Assembly: GCF_009834535.1 (NCBI RefSeq)
Contig: NC_045696.1
Location: forward strand, 42,224,001-42,288,000
DNA from: Camelus ferus
Taxonomy: Eukaryota
Direction of reading: 5' to 3'
DNA length: 64,000 nucleotides
A program made the translations under genes and the position numbers. How positions within the stretch are numbered: the stretch's first letter is position 1; each line of letters starts with the position of its first letter. The notes beneath the pieces were generated by a model. The model had not been told where the DNA came from, searched no databases, and was given only the letters and a program-made list of their open reading frames with translations. Shown piece by piece: positions 38,684-51,647 of the stretch.

Positions 38684-38871
38684 GTATTCCAGAGACACTT
38701 GTTGAATAAACAAATGATAGAAACTTAAGAGTTGGGAGGACATGTAGAGGTTAGGAATACAATCTTCTTTGTAACTCAAAAATTTCTTCTATAGTGTTCC
38801 TGACAGCCATTCCCTCACCTTCTACTTACAGTGACAAGGCAGATTACTGCTTCTTAAAGAAGTTCAATGTA

Positions 38872-39537
38872 TTTTTGATTATTATTAATTTAAAAAATTA
38901 ATGTACTTTTTTAGAGAAATTTTATGTTCAAAGTATAATTCAGTGGAAAATACACAGAGTTCCCACATAACCACCACCACCCAAACACACACACAGTCTT
39001 CCCCACTATCAGCATCCTCACTTGAGTGTTACATTGTTATAAATGATGAACCAACATTGACACATTATCTAAGTCCTTAGTTTACATTAGGGTTTACTCT
39101 TGATGATGTGTATTTTGTGGACTTGACAGATGTATAATGGCATGTATCCACCACCTATACTATCGTGCATAATAATTTCACTACCCTAAAAATCTGTGCT
39201 TAGCCTATTCCCCACCCACTCCCTGCTAACCCCTGGAAAACTCCTGATCTTTTTACTATCTCCATAGTCTTGCCTTTTTCAGAATGTTGTATAGTTGGAA
39301 TCAGAATACATAGCCTTTTCAGATTGTTTTCTTTTGCTCAGTAATATACATTTTGTGTTCCTCTATGTCTTTTCATGCCTTGATAGCTCATTTCTCTTTA
39401 GCACTGCATAATAGCCTATTACCTGGATGTACCACCATTTATTTATCCATTCACCTACTGAAGGACATCTTGGTTGATTCCAGGTTTTGGCAATGATGAA
39501 TAAAGCTGCTATAAACATTCATGTGCAGATTTTTGTG
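38872..39537 (-). mobile_element. L1MC1/2-like 3' end
   Basis: cagagttcccacata...gatgaaccaacattgacacatt...agtttacattagggtttactctt; TSD agttcaatgta (38861-38871, 39538-39548). Confidence 0.85.
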
Positions 39538-41126
39538 AGTTCAATGTAGTTTTTACTTGCTGTTTTTCCTTACACTAAGTGGAAATATGACCTCCTGTAA
39601 CTTCTCTGCATTTGGTGACATAAAAGACTGTCTAGTCTTTCTTTTGTACATGAAGACAGCTATCTAGGAATTCCTAGTTTTTTTTTTTTTTTAAGTTAAA
39701 GAGCACTAATTCTGCCAACTTTTTCTTATGTTATAGAATCTTCAGTCTTTTCAGTTTCCTGGTTACCTACCTCTGGGTAAACTCCACTGTTACACAAGGA
39801 GACCAGTGGGCAGATATGATTGCATCAGACCCAGAGAGCAGAGGGACCATCACTCTCCCTGTTCTGGGCAAGATATCCTACTAATGTCATTAATTTAAGT
39901 TTGTATTCAGTCTTTTGGAAATTGTGCTACTAAATTCATCAAACAAATTTGCATTTATTTTAACAAACTTATTGTTAGGCTGGTCTTCTCCAAACTACTT
40001 TTTTTCCAGAGGACTTTTAGAACTTAGAAGCTAGACTTTCTACATATACCTATTAACCTTCCTCTTATTAATTTTGGCTCATTGTTCTAGCTTGTTGAAT
40101 ATATTTCTTCCTTTTAAATATTGGTTCTTTTATCAAATTTTATCAAATCTTTTATCATTGCCCCTTGTTCAAATGTTCTTATGATAAAGAATCTATTCAT
40201 GACGGAACTTTTTAAAAGTACAGATAAGCTAAAAGAAGAAAACAAATATGTTCCCTAACTCATTGCCAGAGATAAATATTATTAACACTTTAGTGTATGT
40301 CTGTCTAGTCTTCTCTTTGCACGTATGTATACCCTACATGCACATGTACAATGCGTGTGCATTTATTGCCACACATATGTATGACACATATAATCATACC
40401 ATAGTTTATGTTATGATTTTCCTTTTTCCTCACTTTATTCATCTTTTATTTTATATATTTAATCACTCATGAAGTACATAGTATTGTAGGGGATCACTGG
40501 GAATAAAGTGATGATAGATGCAAATGTACTGCTGTTTATTTAATTAGTCTTTTATTATTTGACATTTAGATTTTCCAAATGTTTTGCTATAATTAACACA
40601 CATATAGCTAAATCTTTGCAAACATCTGTGACTATTTCCTGAGGAAGTGGAACTGTGACTCAGAGAGTAAGTAAAATTGTAAAAGATTTTGATAAGTTTT
40701 AGTAAATTGTCCTCCAGAAAGTTATGAAATGATCTTGCTGTATGTTATTTGAAAACTTGATAACTGTTTCTTTTATTTGTCAGCAAATTATGGATAAAAA
40801 TGTTAAGCAAGAGAGGACCAATGATAAGATTTTGAGGAAAACTTGTAAGTCATTCTTCCAAAATTATATTAGTTCATTAATCAACTTTCTGTGGTGACAA
40901 TTGTTTGCTCAGTTATAGTATAATGTCCCTATATTTCTATATTTTTATCAACCACGGTTTTATAAGAAACTTTGTTGGATGTTTTGCTGAAATCAATATA
41001 GCCTGTATCTACACATCCCTGTCTCCAACAATATAACAATCCTATGAAATGACAGCAATTTTATTAGTTCAGTGTAACATTCTCCATAAATTAGGCTGGT
41101 TCCCAATGCTCACTACTTTCTGTAAT

Positions 41127-41323
41127 AGCACTGTCTAGTGGAACTTTCTGCAGTGGTAGAGCGTTCTATTACCAGTGCTGCCCAGCATGGTAGCCACTAG
41201 CCATATGTGGCTACTGAGCAGTTAAAATGTGCCTAATGTGATTCAGGAACTGATTTTTACTTTTTGAAATTTAAAATAGTTTAAATTTAAATAGTGAGAT
41301 GTGACCATATTGCACAGCACAGC
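41127..41323 (+). mobile_element. MER3 (hAT-Charlie)
   Basis: gaactttctgcagtggtaga...atggtagccactagccatatgtggctactgagca. Confidence 0.85.
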
Positions 41324-42099
41324 TTTAATAATATCTGGTAAGCCAGATGTCTAAGTAACTATCGTATACTATAATTGAAGTTCAGTATTAAGCTGAGAGA
41401 CTCATGGTTCCTGAAGTGCACTGGCTTTTTTCTCTCACTGTTCTTAATTGTAATTTTTTTTCACTGCTTCAACTTGTAATTTCTTAAAGATTTCTGACCT
41501 GGCTTCTGTGCCAGTGGTTCATATCAGCAAGTTGTTTTCAGACCCTGGAATATAATTGAATCAGATGATAATTGGTTCTTTCAAATCATCCTGGTTTCAT
41601 TTCCTTTAACAAGATTTTTCTTATTATGTGAACATCATTCTCCTTGAAAGAAAGATAAGCAAAAAGAATTGAGTAATTTTGTTTTTCACTTTTCATCTTT
41701 GACATTATTCTCATCTTTCCCAAACAGTTGGCTCTCCTCCTACTTATTTTTTTTTTAAAGGTGATGTAGCTAATGGGGCCCCTTTCTGTTGTAATAACAT
41801 TTTTGTTTCACAAGCCTAGAATATTTTGGTTATTATTATTCTTGTTGGAATACTTTTAGCATTATACTACTCTTTCATGTCCATCTACAATCATAAAGTT
41901 TTTATTTCTGCCCTAGTTTTTTTGATGCCACTTAAAAATTTGAGTTCAACAGGAACATGTGCATCCATACATATTTCTTTGACTGTTTCTCTCTTTGCAT
42001 CCCCTGTGAATCAAATTTAATTATATTTTAACTTGGTTCAGCCTACCAATGGTGTTGGCCTTGAGTTGGTTGGAGATTCCTTGAATTAGATGTGAACTT

Positions 42100-42815
42100 T
42101 GCCATCAAAAGACCTATACTCTACTAAGGTAATCAAGCTTGTATACTACAAGCTACATGCAGTAGAGCATGTGCTTATTAAGAGAATTTACAATGTCTTG
42201 GGGAGAGCATAGCAGAGAAACAGGGTTAATTTTGCTTGCAGAGCATGTCGAATGGAATAAGGAGGTTTTGAAAAATCAGAGAAGTCTGAAACAGAAATGA
42301 TGTTGGAGCTAGAATGAATCAGAGCTTGTAGAACAGAGAAGCTGTGTAATATGGTGTCCTATTCATGAATGAATAACACGAGCAGAAACAGGAGTGACTG
42401 ATACATTCTGGACTTCATATCTGGTCCTGCAGCTGGAGTATAGAGTACTTCTTGGGGGAGTGAATAGAGATGAGGCTGAAGTTAAGGAACAACTAAATGG
42501 TAAGGGGCCATGAATATTATGCTAAGGGACTTGGATTTATCCCAAAAGGAATAAACTTGAATGTTCTTGAGCAGAGAAGGGAAATAGATTCTTTTTAGAA
42601 AAACAATTTTGGTGACATCAACTTAAGACATGTTAGACTTTGGAAAACTTGTGGAGGGGAAATCATTAGTCAAGAAGATGATGAATGTAGGGCAGCATGG
42701 AGTAATGGAGAGGAGGGGTTTGAAGGGAGTGACATTTAGGAGATAGAAGTGATAGGATTAGGTGGCTGATTGTGGGGGAAAGGAAGAGGCTAGAAGATGA
42801 TTCACAAGTTTCTCA
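42100..42815. mobile_element. L2 fragment
   Basis: Purine-rich L2-type gctggagtatagagt...gagatgaggctg...gctaagggacttggatttatcc...aggagatagaag. Confidence 0.7.
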
Positions 42816-43009
42816 TATGTTCTATTGTTTTTATTAGAGTTCACTTTTTCTCTTGAGTCACTTTCCCTTCAGGATCTCTGGATATGAGATCATGTCTGTC
42901 TTTTTTTCTGAACTTTTGGAAACTATTTTCCCAATGGCAAATGAGTGTGTGCTGATTTTATCCAGTGTTCCAATCCTCCTGTCCTAGAAATTCCAAGATG
43001 TGTTCATCA

Positions 43010-43955
43010 CGTTTTAAAAACTTCTTTATTTTGAGATCATTTTAGACTTACAGAAGAGTTGCAGAAGTAGTCCAGTGAGTTCCCATACACCCTTCACCCT
43101 GCTTCTATCTAACATCTTACATAACCATAGAACAATTACCAAAACCGAGAAAGTAACCTCAATAACCTTAGTTCATTTACTATTAACTGAGTTAAAAAAT
43201 TTATTTGGATTTCATCAGTTTTTCCACTAATTAGTTTTTCCATTCCAGAATCCAACCAAGGTTCACACACTGCGTTTAGTTGTCACATTTCCTTTGTGTC
43301 TTCCAATCTGTGACAATTCCTCAGTCTTTCCGTTTCTTCATAACCCTGATGATTTTGGGAAGTACTGGTCAGTTATTTTTGTAGAGTACTCCTCAACTTG
43401 AGTTTCTATGTTGTTTTCTCATGATTAGACTGAGGTTATTGCAAAGTGTATCACAAATGTGACCTGTCCTTCTCAGTACTTCATATCAGGAGGTGCATGA
43501 AGTCAAGGAGTATTACCAGTGGTGTAAACTTTGATCACTTAGCTAGAATGATGTCTTCCAGGATCTCCACTACAAAGTTACTCTTTCCCCCTTCTTATTA
43601 CTCAGTGTGTTGTAGAAGGTTCTTTGAGAATGTGCAAATATCCTTTGCATAAGCTTTCACCCACTAATTTTAGCATCCTTCAGTAACACTTTACTTGCAG
43701 CCATTATTACTGTGCTGTTCTAATAGTTATTTTCTATTTGTTAATTGAAATGTTTCTTTTTAAAAAAAATAACCTGATGTAAACCATACTTAAAAAGATA
43801 AAATTGTGCTAATTTTTCCCAGCTTTATTGAAACATTGTTGACAAATAATACATGTAAATTTAAGCTATACAACATAATTTGATATCCATATGTATTGCA
43901 AAATAATTACCACAGTAAGGTTAGTTAACACCTATACTCCTTCACGTAATTACCA

Positions 43956-43991
<36 letters not shown>

Positions 43992-45030
43992 AGATAACAT
44001 TGAAGATTTACTCTCTTAACTTTCAAGTATATAATACAGTACTGTTAACTATATTTGCCATGCTACACCTTAGGTTCCCCTGAATATATTCATCTTATAG
44101 CTAGAAGTTTGTATCATTTGCCATCTCCTCATCCCCCACTCCCCCTTCCAAGCCCCTGGCAACCAACCACCAATCTACTGCCTATTTCTATGAATTCAGC
44201 TTTTTTAGATTCCACATAGAAGTGATATCATACAGTACTTGTCCTTCTCTGTCTGACTTATTTCACTTAGAATAATGCCCTCAACATCCATCTATGTTAT
44301 TACAATCGGCAAGATATATGGCCGAATTATGTGTGTAGTATTTATAATGTATATAAGTATAAATTATATATAATATTTTACTAATTCATCCTTCAGTGGA
44401 CACACAGGTTGTTTCCATGTCTTCACTGTTGTGCATAATGCTGCGAAGAACACGGGGGTACAGATATCTTTTCCAGATATTGTTTTCACTTCCTTTGGAT
44501 ATATACCCGGAGCGGGATTACTGGATCATTTGGCAGTTCTACTTTTAATTCCTGAGGAACCTCCATGCTGCTTTCTATAGAGGCTGTACCAATTTGCATT
44601 CTCACCAAAAGGGCAAGAGGGTTCCACTTTCTCCACAGTCTGACCAACGCTTGCCATCTCTTATCTTTTTGATAACAGCCATTCTAACAGATGGGAGGTG
44701 GTATCTCATGAAATACTTTCATAAGGAAGAGTTGTCTCTTTTCCCTCATTTATTTATTTGTTCAACCATTTGTCTATATTTAGATCGATTCACGGGTGTT
44801 GATTTTTCACTAGGGTTATAATTCTAGATAACTTTTAGTTCATTTGTTGGTAAAGTTTTTCCACCTTTGGCTGTCGGGTACACTTTCAGGCTCCCGTGCC
44901 ATCTTCACAGGCTTGTGTCCTTTAGTTTTGAGCACTTTCTTAATGTCTAGCACTGCAAGATGCTTTATGCTCTTCTTGTATTTCCCCTGCCCCAGGCCTG
45001 GAATCAGCCAGTTCTCCAGGGAGTGCTCAC
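43010..45030 (-). mobile_element. L1MC-type 3' region, split by a younger L1MA-type insertion
   Basis: ttttagacttacagaagagttgca...; resumes at ~44710 and ends cccaggcctggaatcagccagttctccagggag. Confidence 0.8.
43810..44709 (-). mobile_element. L1MA9/10-like 3' end containing a (TG)n tract (~43958-43988)
   Basis: cccagctttattgaaac...aattaccacagtaaggttagttaacacc...tttactctcttaactttcaagtatataatacagt. Confidence 0.85.
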
Positions 45031-45529
45031 AACTTTTTAACATGTTCTATCACTTCTGCTTCACCAAGCAGTTCTTCATTGTTGATTGGAATTGAGTTAA
45101 AAATAGAAGAATGACAGATTAAGGGTTCTCTTTTGTGCTTCCTCAAACTTATGAGAGAGAAAACATTTCAGTAAGGCATGCTGAATTTGCATTCAACCAA
45201 TATGTCTAAGAGCCCACTCTGTGTCGGTGCTGGGTTAGGTATGACGACGGGCGCTGCTCAGAGGGAATGCTCTCTGGCTTGTTCCGTACTTTGGTACCAC
45301 ATACTGGTACCAAAGAGGTAGAGCTCTTCTTTAAGTAACCTGAGTTTTAATTTGATATGCTTCGTCTGATAGTGCAGGATTCCACTAACCTAAAATGTCC
45401 CCTGACTCCCAGTGTGTTGAGATGTGCTCAGGGTGGGGGGGGGGGTGTCTCATCTGTGCTCACAAACAAGGCCAGTGAGTCATGTTCAGTTACTGTGAGG
45501 AAGCCTCTGTTCCTTGTCCTGTTCTCCAG

Positions 45530-45677
45530 CTCCCTTCCTCCGTTGTGAGTCAATAGAAAAAACTGTCTTCCCCTTTAAGTAATTTTTGGTCGGTGACGGA
45601 ATTCCCTGATTATGTCTGGTTACATTCCTGAAGATGTAAGAATTAAAGAGGAACAAGAAGAACCAGAAACAGAAAAG
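45530..45677 (+). other. Candidate 148-bp exon with possible start codon (ATG 45612)
   Basis: Acceptor cctctgttccttgtcctgttctccag|, donor AAG|gtaagg, GAA-rich body; 22 codons MSGYIPEDVRIKEEQEEPETEK up to the donor. Confidence 0.35.
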
Positions 45678-46059
45678 GTAAGGAAGGTAAGCAGTGTAGC
45701 TTCAGGACATCCTAAAATTTAAGCATGTTTTCTTGGATGATTCTCAATGCAAATGGAGAACAAGTATGTCTGTTGACTGAGCCAGACCAGAGACAGAGAG
45801 AGAGGGAGTCCACTGACGCTGCCTCCGCAGACCAGCATTCCTGGCCACGAAGCAGCGAGAAGAGTGCATTCTCAGGGGAAAAGAGCACGTGTCCAGCACA
45901 GTGCAGGAGGGGTCACCAAAGAAGGGAACAGGAAGGTTACAGGCTTCTACATTACTCAGCCTGACCTTGAGAACTCAAGAATTAAATTGTTGGTCATTGA
46001 TTTCATATTTAAACCATACTAAGTAGCATTATTCTTAGGGGTCTTTGCTCTTGAAAAGC

Positions 46060-46500
46060 AAAGATTAAGAATTCAGTTTTGGAATCAGATAAGCTTAGGT
46101 TTAAATTCTCACTCCATGTCATAATTTGTGTTTCCTTGATAAAATTGTTAATGTTTTTTAATCCTATAATTCTTCATTTAATGATTATCTGCCCCATTGT
46201 CTATGAGAGGCTTAAATAAAATGGTTCATGTAAAATTCTTAGCACAAAACCTCTCACATTAGTAAGCATTCAGCAATGTTAGCTATTGAATTAAACTGAA
46301 TTATTAGTTGTTGAAATAGTAAATAGCACTTTTCTTTACATATTGCAAAGACTGTTCACATACTTTATCTCATCTGTTTCTCATGGCAACTTGTCAGGTA
46401 GGTAGACATTATTATTACAATTAAAAGAAGATAAGTGACTTGACTTAGTTAATTAGTAGAAAAAGAGAGACTGGAACCCAATCTTAGACCCTAAATCCCA
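46060..46500. mobile_element. Two MIR fragments in opposite orientations
   Basis: Plus: ttaagaattcagttttggaatcaga...catgtaaaattcttagcaca. Minus: ttcacatactttatctcat...caacttgtcaggtaggtag. Confidence 0.7.
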
Positions 46501-46509
46501 TGAACCTTT

Positions 46510-46562
46510 TTTTTTTTAATTTAAGTATAGTTGGTTTACAATGTTGTATTAACTTCTGGTGT
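46510..46562 (-). mobile_element. ~50-bp L1 3' end
   Basis: Poly(T) plus aatttaagtatagttggtttacaatgttgtatt; cccatgaac duplicated on both sides. Confidence 0.8.
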
Positions 46563-46582
46563 AAAAACCCCATGAACTTTTT

Positions 46583-47410
46583 GATATGAACAGATGCTTT
46601 ACCAAAAAAACACAAATAAGCACATAAAAAACGATGTTCAACACCATAAGTCATAGGATAATCCAAGTTTAAACCATAATCAGATACTACTGCACACCTG
46701 TTAGGATTCTGAAATGAAAAAAAAAATACTGATAATAGCAGTGTCGCTAAGGATGTGGAGTGCCCTAAACTCACATGGTGGGATTGAAAAATGGTGTAGC
46801 CACTTTGGAAAATGGTTTTACAGCCACTTTGGAAAATGGTTTAGCAGCTTCTTATAAGGTTAAATATACACTTAACATATGACCCAGCAATTCTATTCCT
46901 GGGTATTTACACTAGGCATTTGGAAATTTATGATTACATGAAAATTGGTACACAAATATTCATAAGCAGCCATATTTGCAGTAGCCCCTAACTGGAAACA
47001 ACTCAGACATCCTTCAGTGGGTTAAGGGATATACTCACTGTGGTACACCATATCTACTACTCATCACTACTCAGCAATAAAAAGAAGGGACAACTGATAC
47101 ACACAACTTGGATGACTCTCAGACAGCATGATGAGTGAAAGAAGCCAGTCTCAAAAGAAAAACTGCAGTGACAGAGAACAGATCCATGTTTGCCAGAGGT
47201 TGTGGGTGGAGGGAGAGTGTGACAATAAAGGGACAGCTTGAGGGAGGTTCTTTGGGAGGTGACAGAGCCATTCTGTACCCTGGTCATAGGGTGGTTATAC
47301 AAATCTGTTAGTATGTTACAGTTAATAGAACTGAACACCAAAGAAAGAAAGTCAATGTTAATATATGATAGTTAGAAAATAAAAATCTAATAAAAGCCAA
47401 CACATTAAAA
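46583..47410 (+). mobile_element. Old L1 (L1MC/MD-like) ORF2 end and 3' UTR
   Basis: atatgacccagcaattctattcctgggtatttac...gagtgaaagaagccagtctcaaaag...A-rich end. Confidence 0.8.
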
Positions 47411-48829
47411 AAATCCCACGTACTTTCAAATAAATCACAATGTCAATGTACACGCCATCCATGGGGAACGGATAGAAGAACTGATGTGTTTAAAGTAGTA
47501 TTGCCAGTATTAGTATCTGACAGAGACGTAGAAACACAGAATGTACACAGATGGTGTTTTCTTAGGAAGAAAGAGGAAGATGATCTATTGAGTTTCCCTG
47601 TGTAGTGCATTCTTGTAATTAAATGTGAAGGTGGATTGATAGTCTACAGAGATTTTTTTTTTCTTGGCAGAATTAATTTAGGGCTCAGAATAAGTAACTT
47701 TTAAATAACAATAATTATTTTCTTTAGGAAATAGTATTGTTAATATAAAGGACCTACGTTATAGAGTGATTATAAGAAGATGCCCAGAAGTTCTAGTTAA
47801 TCATCCTACGTGGTTTGTTTTGGCTGCTGAATTACTTTATTTACAGTCTTTACTTCACTGATGATAACTTGATCTAAAACTGACTGAAGTATAGCTCATT
47901 AGTAGAGAAAAACTTCCTTGGGCAATAAGATATAATTTGAGGATTAATCTTGACTTTATTCTCAAATGAAGACTAGAATGCACCTAAACCAGTCAATTCA
48001 GAGGTTACCTTGCTTCTTTTAGAAAGTGAGCAAGCTCTTCTTTTCAGAAAGAAGATTAAATGCTAGAAGTAACTAATTGTCAAAATACAATTTCTCTGTA
48101 TATCCATTTTTTCTTCAATAAAATAGGAATAAATTATTCTGGTTATAAAGCACAGAGGCCACAAATCTCCCCCCACCCCAAAACAAAAGAACAAAACACA
48201 GGACAACTCATTTCATGTAAAATTATAAAGAAAAAAAACTTAAACAAAATATATAAAAATCAATTATAACAAAATATTCTATAAATACCAAATAACCAAG
48301 TATGGCTTAATCCAGGAATACAGCACAACAAAAAGTAATCCAATACAGATGATAAGAGAAAAACATTAATAAATGAACAAGAATTTGATTTAGTTCAGTA
48401 TCTACTGTTAAACTGTTGGTGAAATAAAAATTAGAACAAACAGCCTTAACAAAATAAATAGAAAAGTTGTTCATGGACCAATAACGAGAAGTATGTACTG
48501 AACCAAGAATTTTGATTAGTTGGATTTCTTGCCCTAGGTTGAAAGAAAAGAGGACACATGTTAGAAACGAACATTAAAAATCATGTTAGCTGTTTAAAAC
48601 TTAAAGAATATAAAATGATATATGATAAATAAAAACATAGTATTTTGGAAGGAAAAATGATAAAGACAATAACTCCACAAATAATCTGTATATTGAATAA
48701 TATGCCTATCAGAATCTGCCACTAATAAATCGGTGCTGAATTTCATGTGAATATTGAAAAGACTAATAAAAAATCTTAGAAGAAAAATGACGACTGACTT
48801 GTATGATCAATTATAAAAACACCCTAAAG

Positions 48830-49025
48830 CTGTACTAATATGAGCCATTAAGCATATATGGCTATGAATATTTTAATTAAAACTGAATAAAATAAAAATT
48901 CCATTTCTTGGTTGCAGCCACATTTTAAGTACTAAATAGCCCCATGAGACCTGTTGCTACCATATTGAAGGATGAAGATATGGACCATTTCCATCATCTC
49001 AGAAAATTCTATTGGACAGTGCTGC
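48830..49025 (-). mobile_element. MER3 (hAT-Charlie)
   Basis: Ends catttccatcatctcagaaaattctattggacagtgctg. Confidence 0.8.
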
Positions 49026-49459
49026 TCAACAGCAATAATAATTAAAATGGTATGCTGTAGGTACAGATATGTAAGTGGACAAAAACAGACAATACAAAAA
49101 TAGGTGTATACATATATATATAGTTTTAGTAGATGGGGATTAAGTAGCATTTCTTCAATGAAAAAATTGCATCAGTGGGAAAATTATCAATTATTTAATG
49201 ATTTGTGTTGGAGCAACTAGATGATCATTTGGGAAAAATAAACATAGATCCTATTTCACATCAGTTAAATAATTATACAAGGATAAAAGAGTTAAAGATT
49301 AAAGGTTTAAAATTAAACAAAATTATAATAGAGTTTAAAGTAATTATGATTTATAATTCTGGGATGGGAAAGTTTTTTTCTCTATTTTGTTTAAGATCAT
49401 AAATTATGAGAAAGATTGATAGTTCCAGTTTCAGTTTAAAAACAAAAACTTTCTTCTTG

Positions 49460-49958
49460 GCTATTTCAGTTATTAATTGCTGGAATTTATTGGCTTACAT
49501 TTATTTGCTTAAAGTAAAAACTTTATTTATGAATCTGTAATTTGGGTAGGGCTTATCTTAGTCTTTCCTCCAGGTGGCATTAACTGCAGTGGTTCAAATG
49601 GGGCTGGAGGATTCACTTTCAAGAGGGTCCACTCACATAGAAGGCTGGAAAGTTAGGACTGATTGTTTGTCAGCTGGAGTTCAGCTGGGATTATCTGCTG
49701 GGGACCTCAGTTCTTCCCCACAATGAGCCTCCACATGAGGCTGCTTGATCTTCCTCACAACATGGTGTTCGGATTATAAGAGCAAATGTTCCATAAGACA
49801 GACAGTGGAAGTTCAGTATCTCTAGAAGACTGAGCCAGAAACTGCCACATTCTATTGGTCTAAACAATTACAGAGCCCACCTACGTTCAAGAGGAGAGAG
49901 CATAGAACCCTCATGAAAGGGACATCAAAAAATTTGTGGCCATTTTGAATGTACCACA
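49460..49958 (-). mobile_element. MLT1H-like MaLR LTR
   Basis: gggctggaggattcactttcaag...gctgcttgatcttcctcacaacatgg...tgccacattctattggtc...taccaca. Confidence 0.75.
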
Positions 49959-51155
49959 GTGGCAAAAATAATTATGAAAAAATCGAAAAATAGAGAACTA
50001 TTTTTTAAAAGACCCCATAAATCAATAAGAAAAAAATTGGATAATGTAACAGAAAAGTGATTAGAGGATGTAAGCAGGTCATTTACAGAAGAGATACAGA
50101 TTTGTATATAAAATGCTCAATTTAATCAAAGAAATTAAAAAAAAACTTACTGTATTTTTTCTCCTATCAAATTAGTCAACTTTTGGGGAAGCAGTCATTG
50201 CCATCGCTGGATTACTGTGTAGTTATTTTTCAAAAAGTAGATATCCATGTAATAGACATTGACAAATTTTCACTACATATTGTTAAGTAAAAATTAAAAT
50301 GACAAAACATATTACATATATTATATGATTAAACATATGCACATATGTGTATGTAACCAAAAAGTGTAGAAAAATATAAGCCAGTGTTTTGGAGCAGTTA
50401 TTTTAGGGGGCTGGTATCATAATTTAAAAAAACACAAATGAATGTGTATTTGTATTTTAAAATAGTGAACACTGATTATTTTTGTTTACCTCAAAAGTAA
50501 AAATATTTTTATTAAGGAATATTTCAATAGGAAAAAAAGAACCATTTAAAATACTTAAGGGAAGTCCTAATGAAATAATGACTTTAGGCGAGGGCCATCA
50601 GTTGCTGTTAGCAAGACAGCCGGCTATCACATGCTGTCTAATGCAAGTACACGTTACCATGGATAAAATACTCCAGCCTAAAAAATTAAATCTTATTTGA
50701 ATTAATCCTCTATGTTGCAAAAAAATAGAGCCATATCTCAAATTTCAAAGAGGCAGCGATTCAAGAAGTTTGGTATGAACTTAGCCAAGTCATGTTGCTT
50801 TCTTAGGTCTCAGTATCCTCTTTTGCAAAAAAAGAGACATGAACAACAGCAAAAAAATCCCTGAGGCCCTTTGCATAGGCTATTTCAACATAGTCTAGGA
50901 TCCAACTGCCTGATTCCACATTTTCATGCAGACATTTTTAATACTTCAACATGTTTTCTATTGGTTTAATATTTTAATGTGTTCCCACCTTATTTCTAAA
51001 TTACAGAAGTTATAGGGAATGAGGAACATGTTATAAGACAAAATGGGGATGCAATCAGCCACGTCCAGAAGGTGGTAAACTCTTAGGGTCAAATGACATA
51101 GATAGATGTAAGGGTGGGTGGTGAGGGGGAGGATGGAATTCCACGTTGTATAGAT

Positions 51156-51374
51156 CAGAGTTTCTCAACCTTGTTACTATTGACGTTTTGGGCCAGATAA
51201 TTCTTTGCGTTGGGGTTATCCTGTGCATTGTAGGAAGGTTAGCAGCAGCCTTGGTCCCTACCCACTAGATGCCATTGGAAGAGTCTTGTCTCCAAGTTGT
51301 GGCCAACAAAAACGTCTCTAGACTATCACCATATATTCCTTGGGAGCAAAATCGCTTGCAGTTAAGACGCACTG
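51156..51374. mobile_element. MER20 (hAT-Charlie), full length
   Basis: 219 bp, cagagtttctcaacctt...ttttgggccagataattctttg...tacccactagatgcca...cactg; degenerate 8-bp TSD gtatagat / ctgtggat. Confidence 0.92.
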
Positions 51375-51383
51375 CTGTGGATT

Positions 51384-51647
51384 AAAAAATACAAACTTGT
51401 GGTTGCCAAGGGGGTGGGGGGTGGGAAGGGATAGACAGGATTTCAAAATTGTAGAATAGATAAACAAGATTATACTGTATAGCACAGGGAAATATACACA
51501 AAATCTTACGGTAGCTCACAGAGAAAAAAATGTGACAATGAATATATATATGTTCATGTATAACTGAAAAATTGTGCTGAACACTGGAATTTGACACAAC
51601 ATTGTAAAATGATTATAAATCAATAAAAAATGTTTAAAAAAAAAAAA
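51384..51647 (+). mobile_element. Very young L1 3' UTR (~265 bp) with poly(A)
   Basis: caaacttgtggttgccaaggggg...gacacaacattgtaaaatgattataaatcaataaaaaatgtttaaaaaaaaaaaa, inserted at tt|aaaa. Confidence 0.9.

Larger units (their letters stand above)
38725..41750 (-). mobile_element. Fragmented ancient CR1/L3 LINE with nested insertions
   Basis: CR1-like segments at ~38725-38870, ~39550-40100 (gagggaccatcactctccctgttctgg) and ~40740-41110 (ttttgctgaaatcaatatagc). The right boundary is uncertain. Confidence 0.6.
48170..50470 (+). mobile_element. Highly diverged L1ME-type ORF2 fragments with nested MER3 and MLT1H
   Basis: A-rich L1-like segments (tcagtgggaaaatt...tgttggagcaactagatg; taaatcaataagaaaaa...agcaggtcatttacagaagag). 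Confidence 0.6.
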
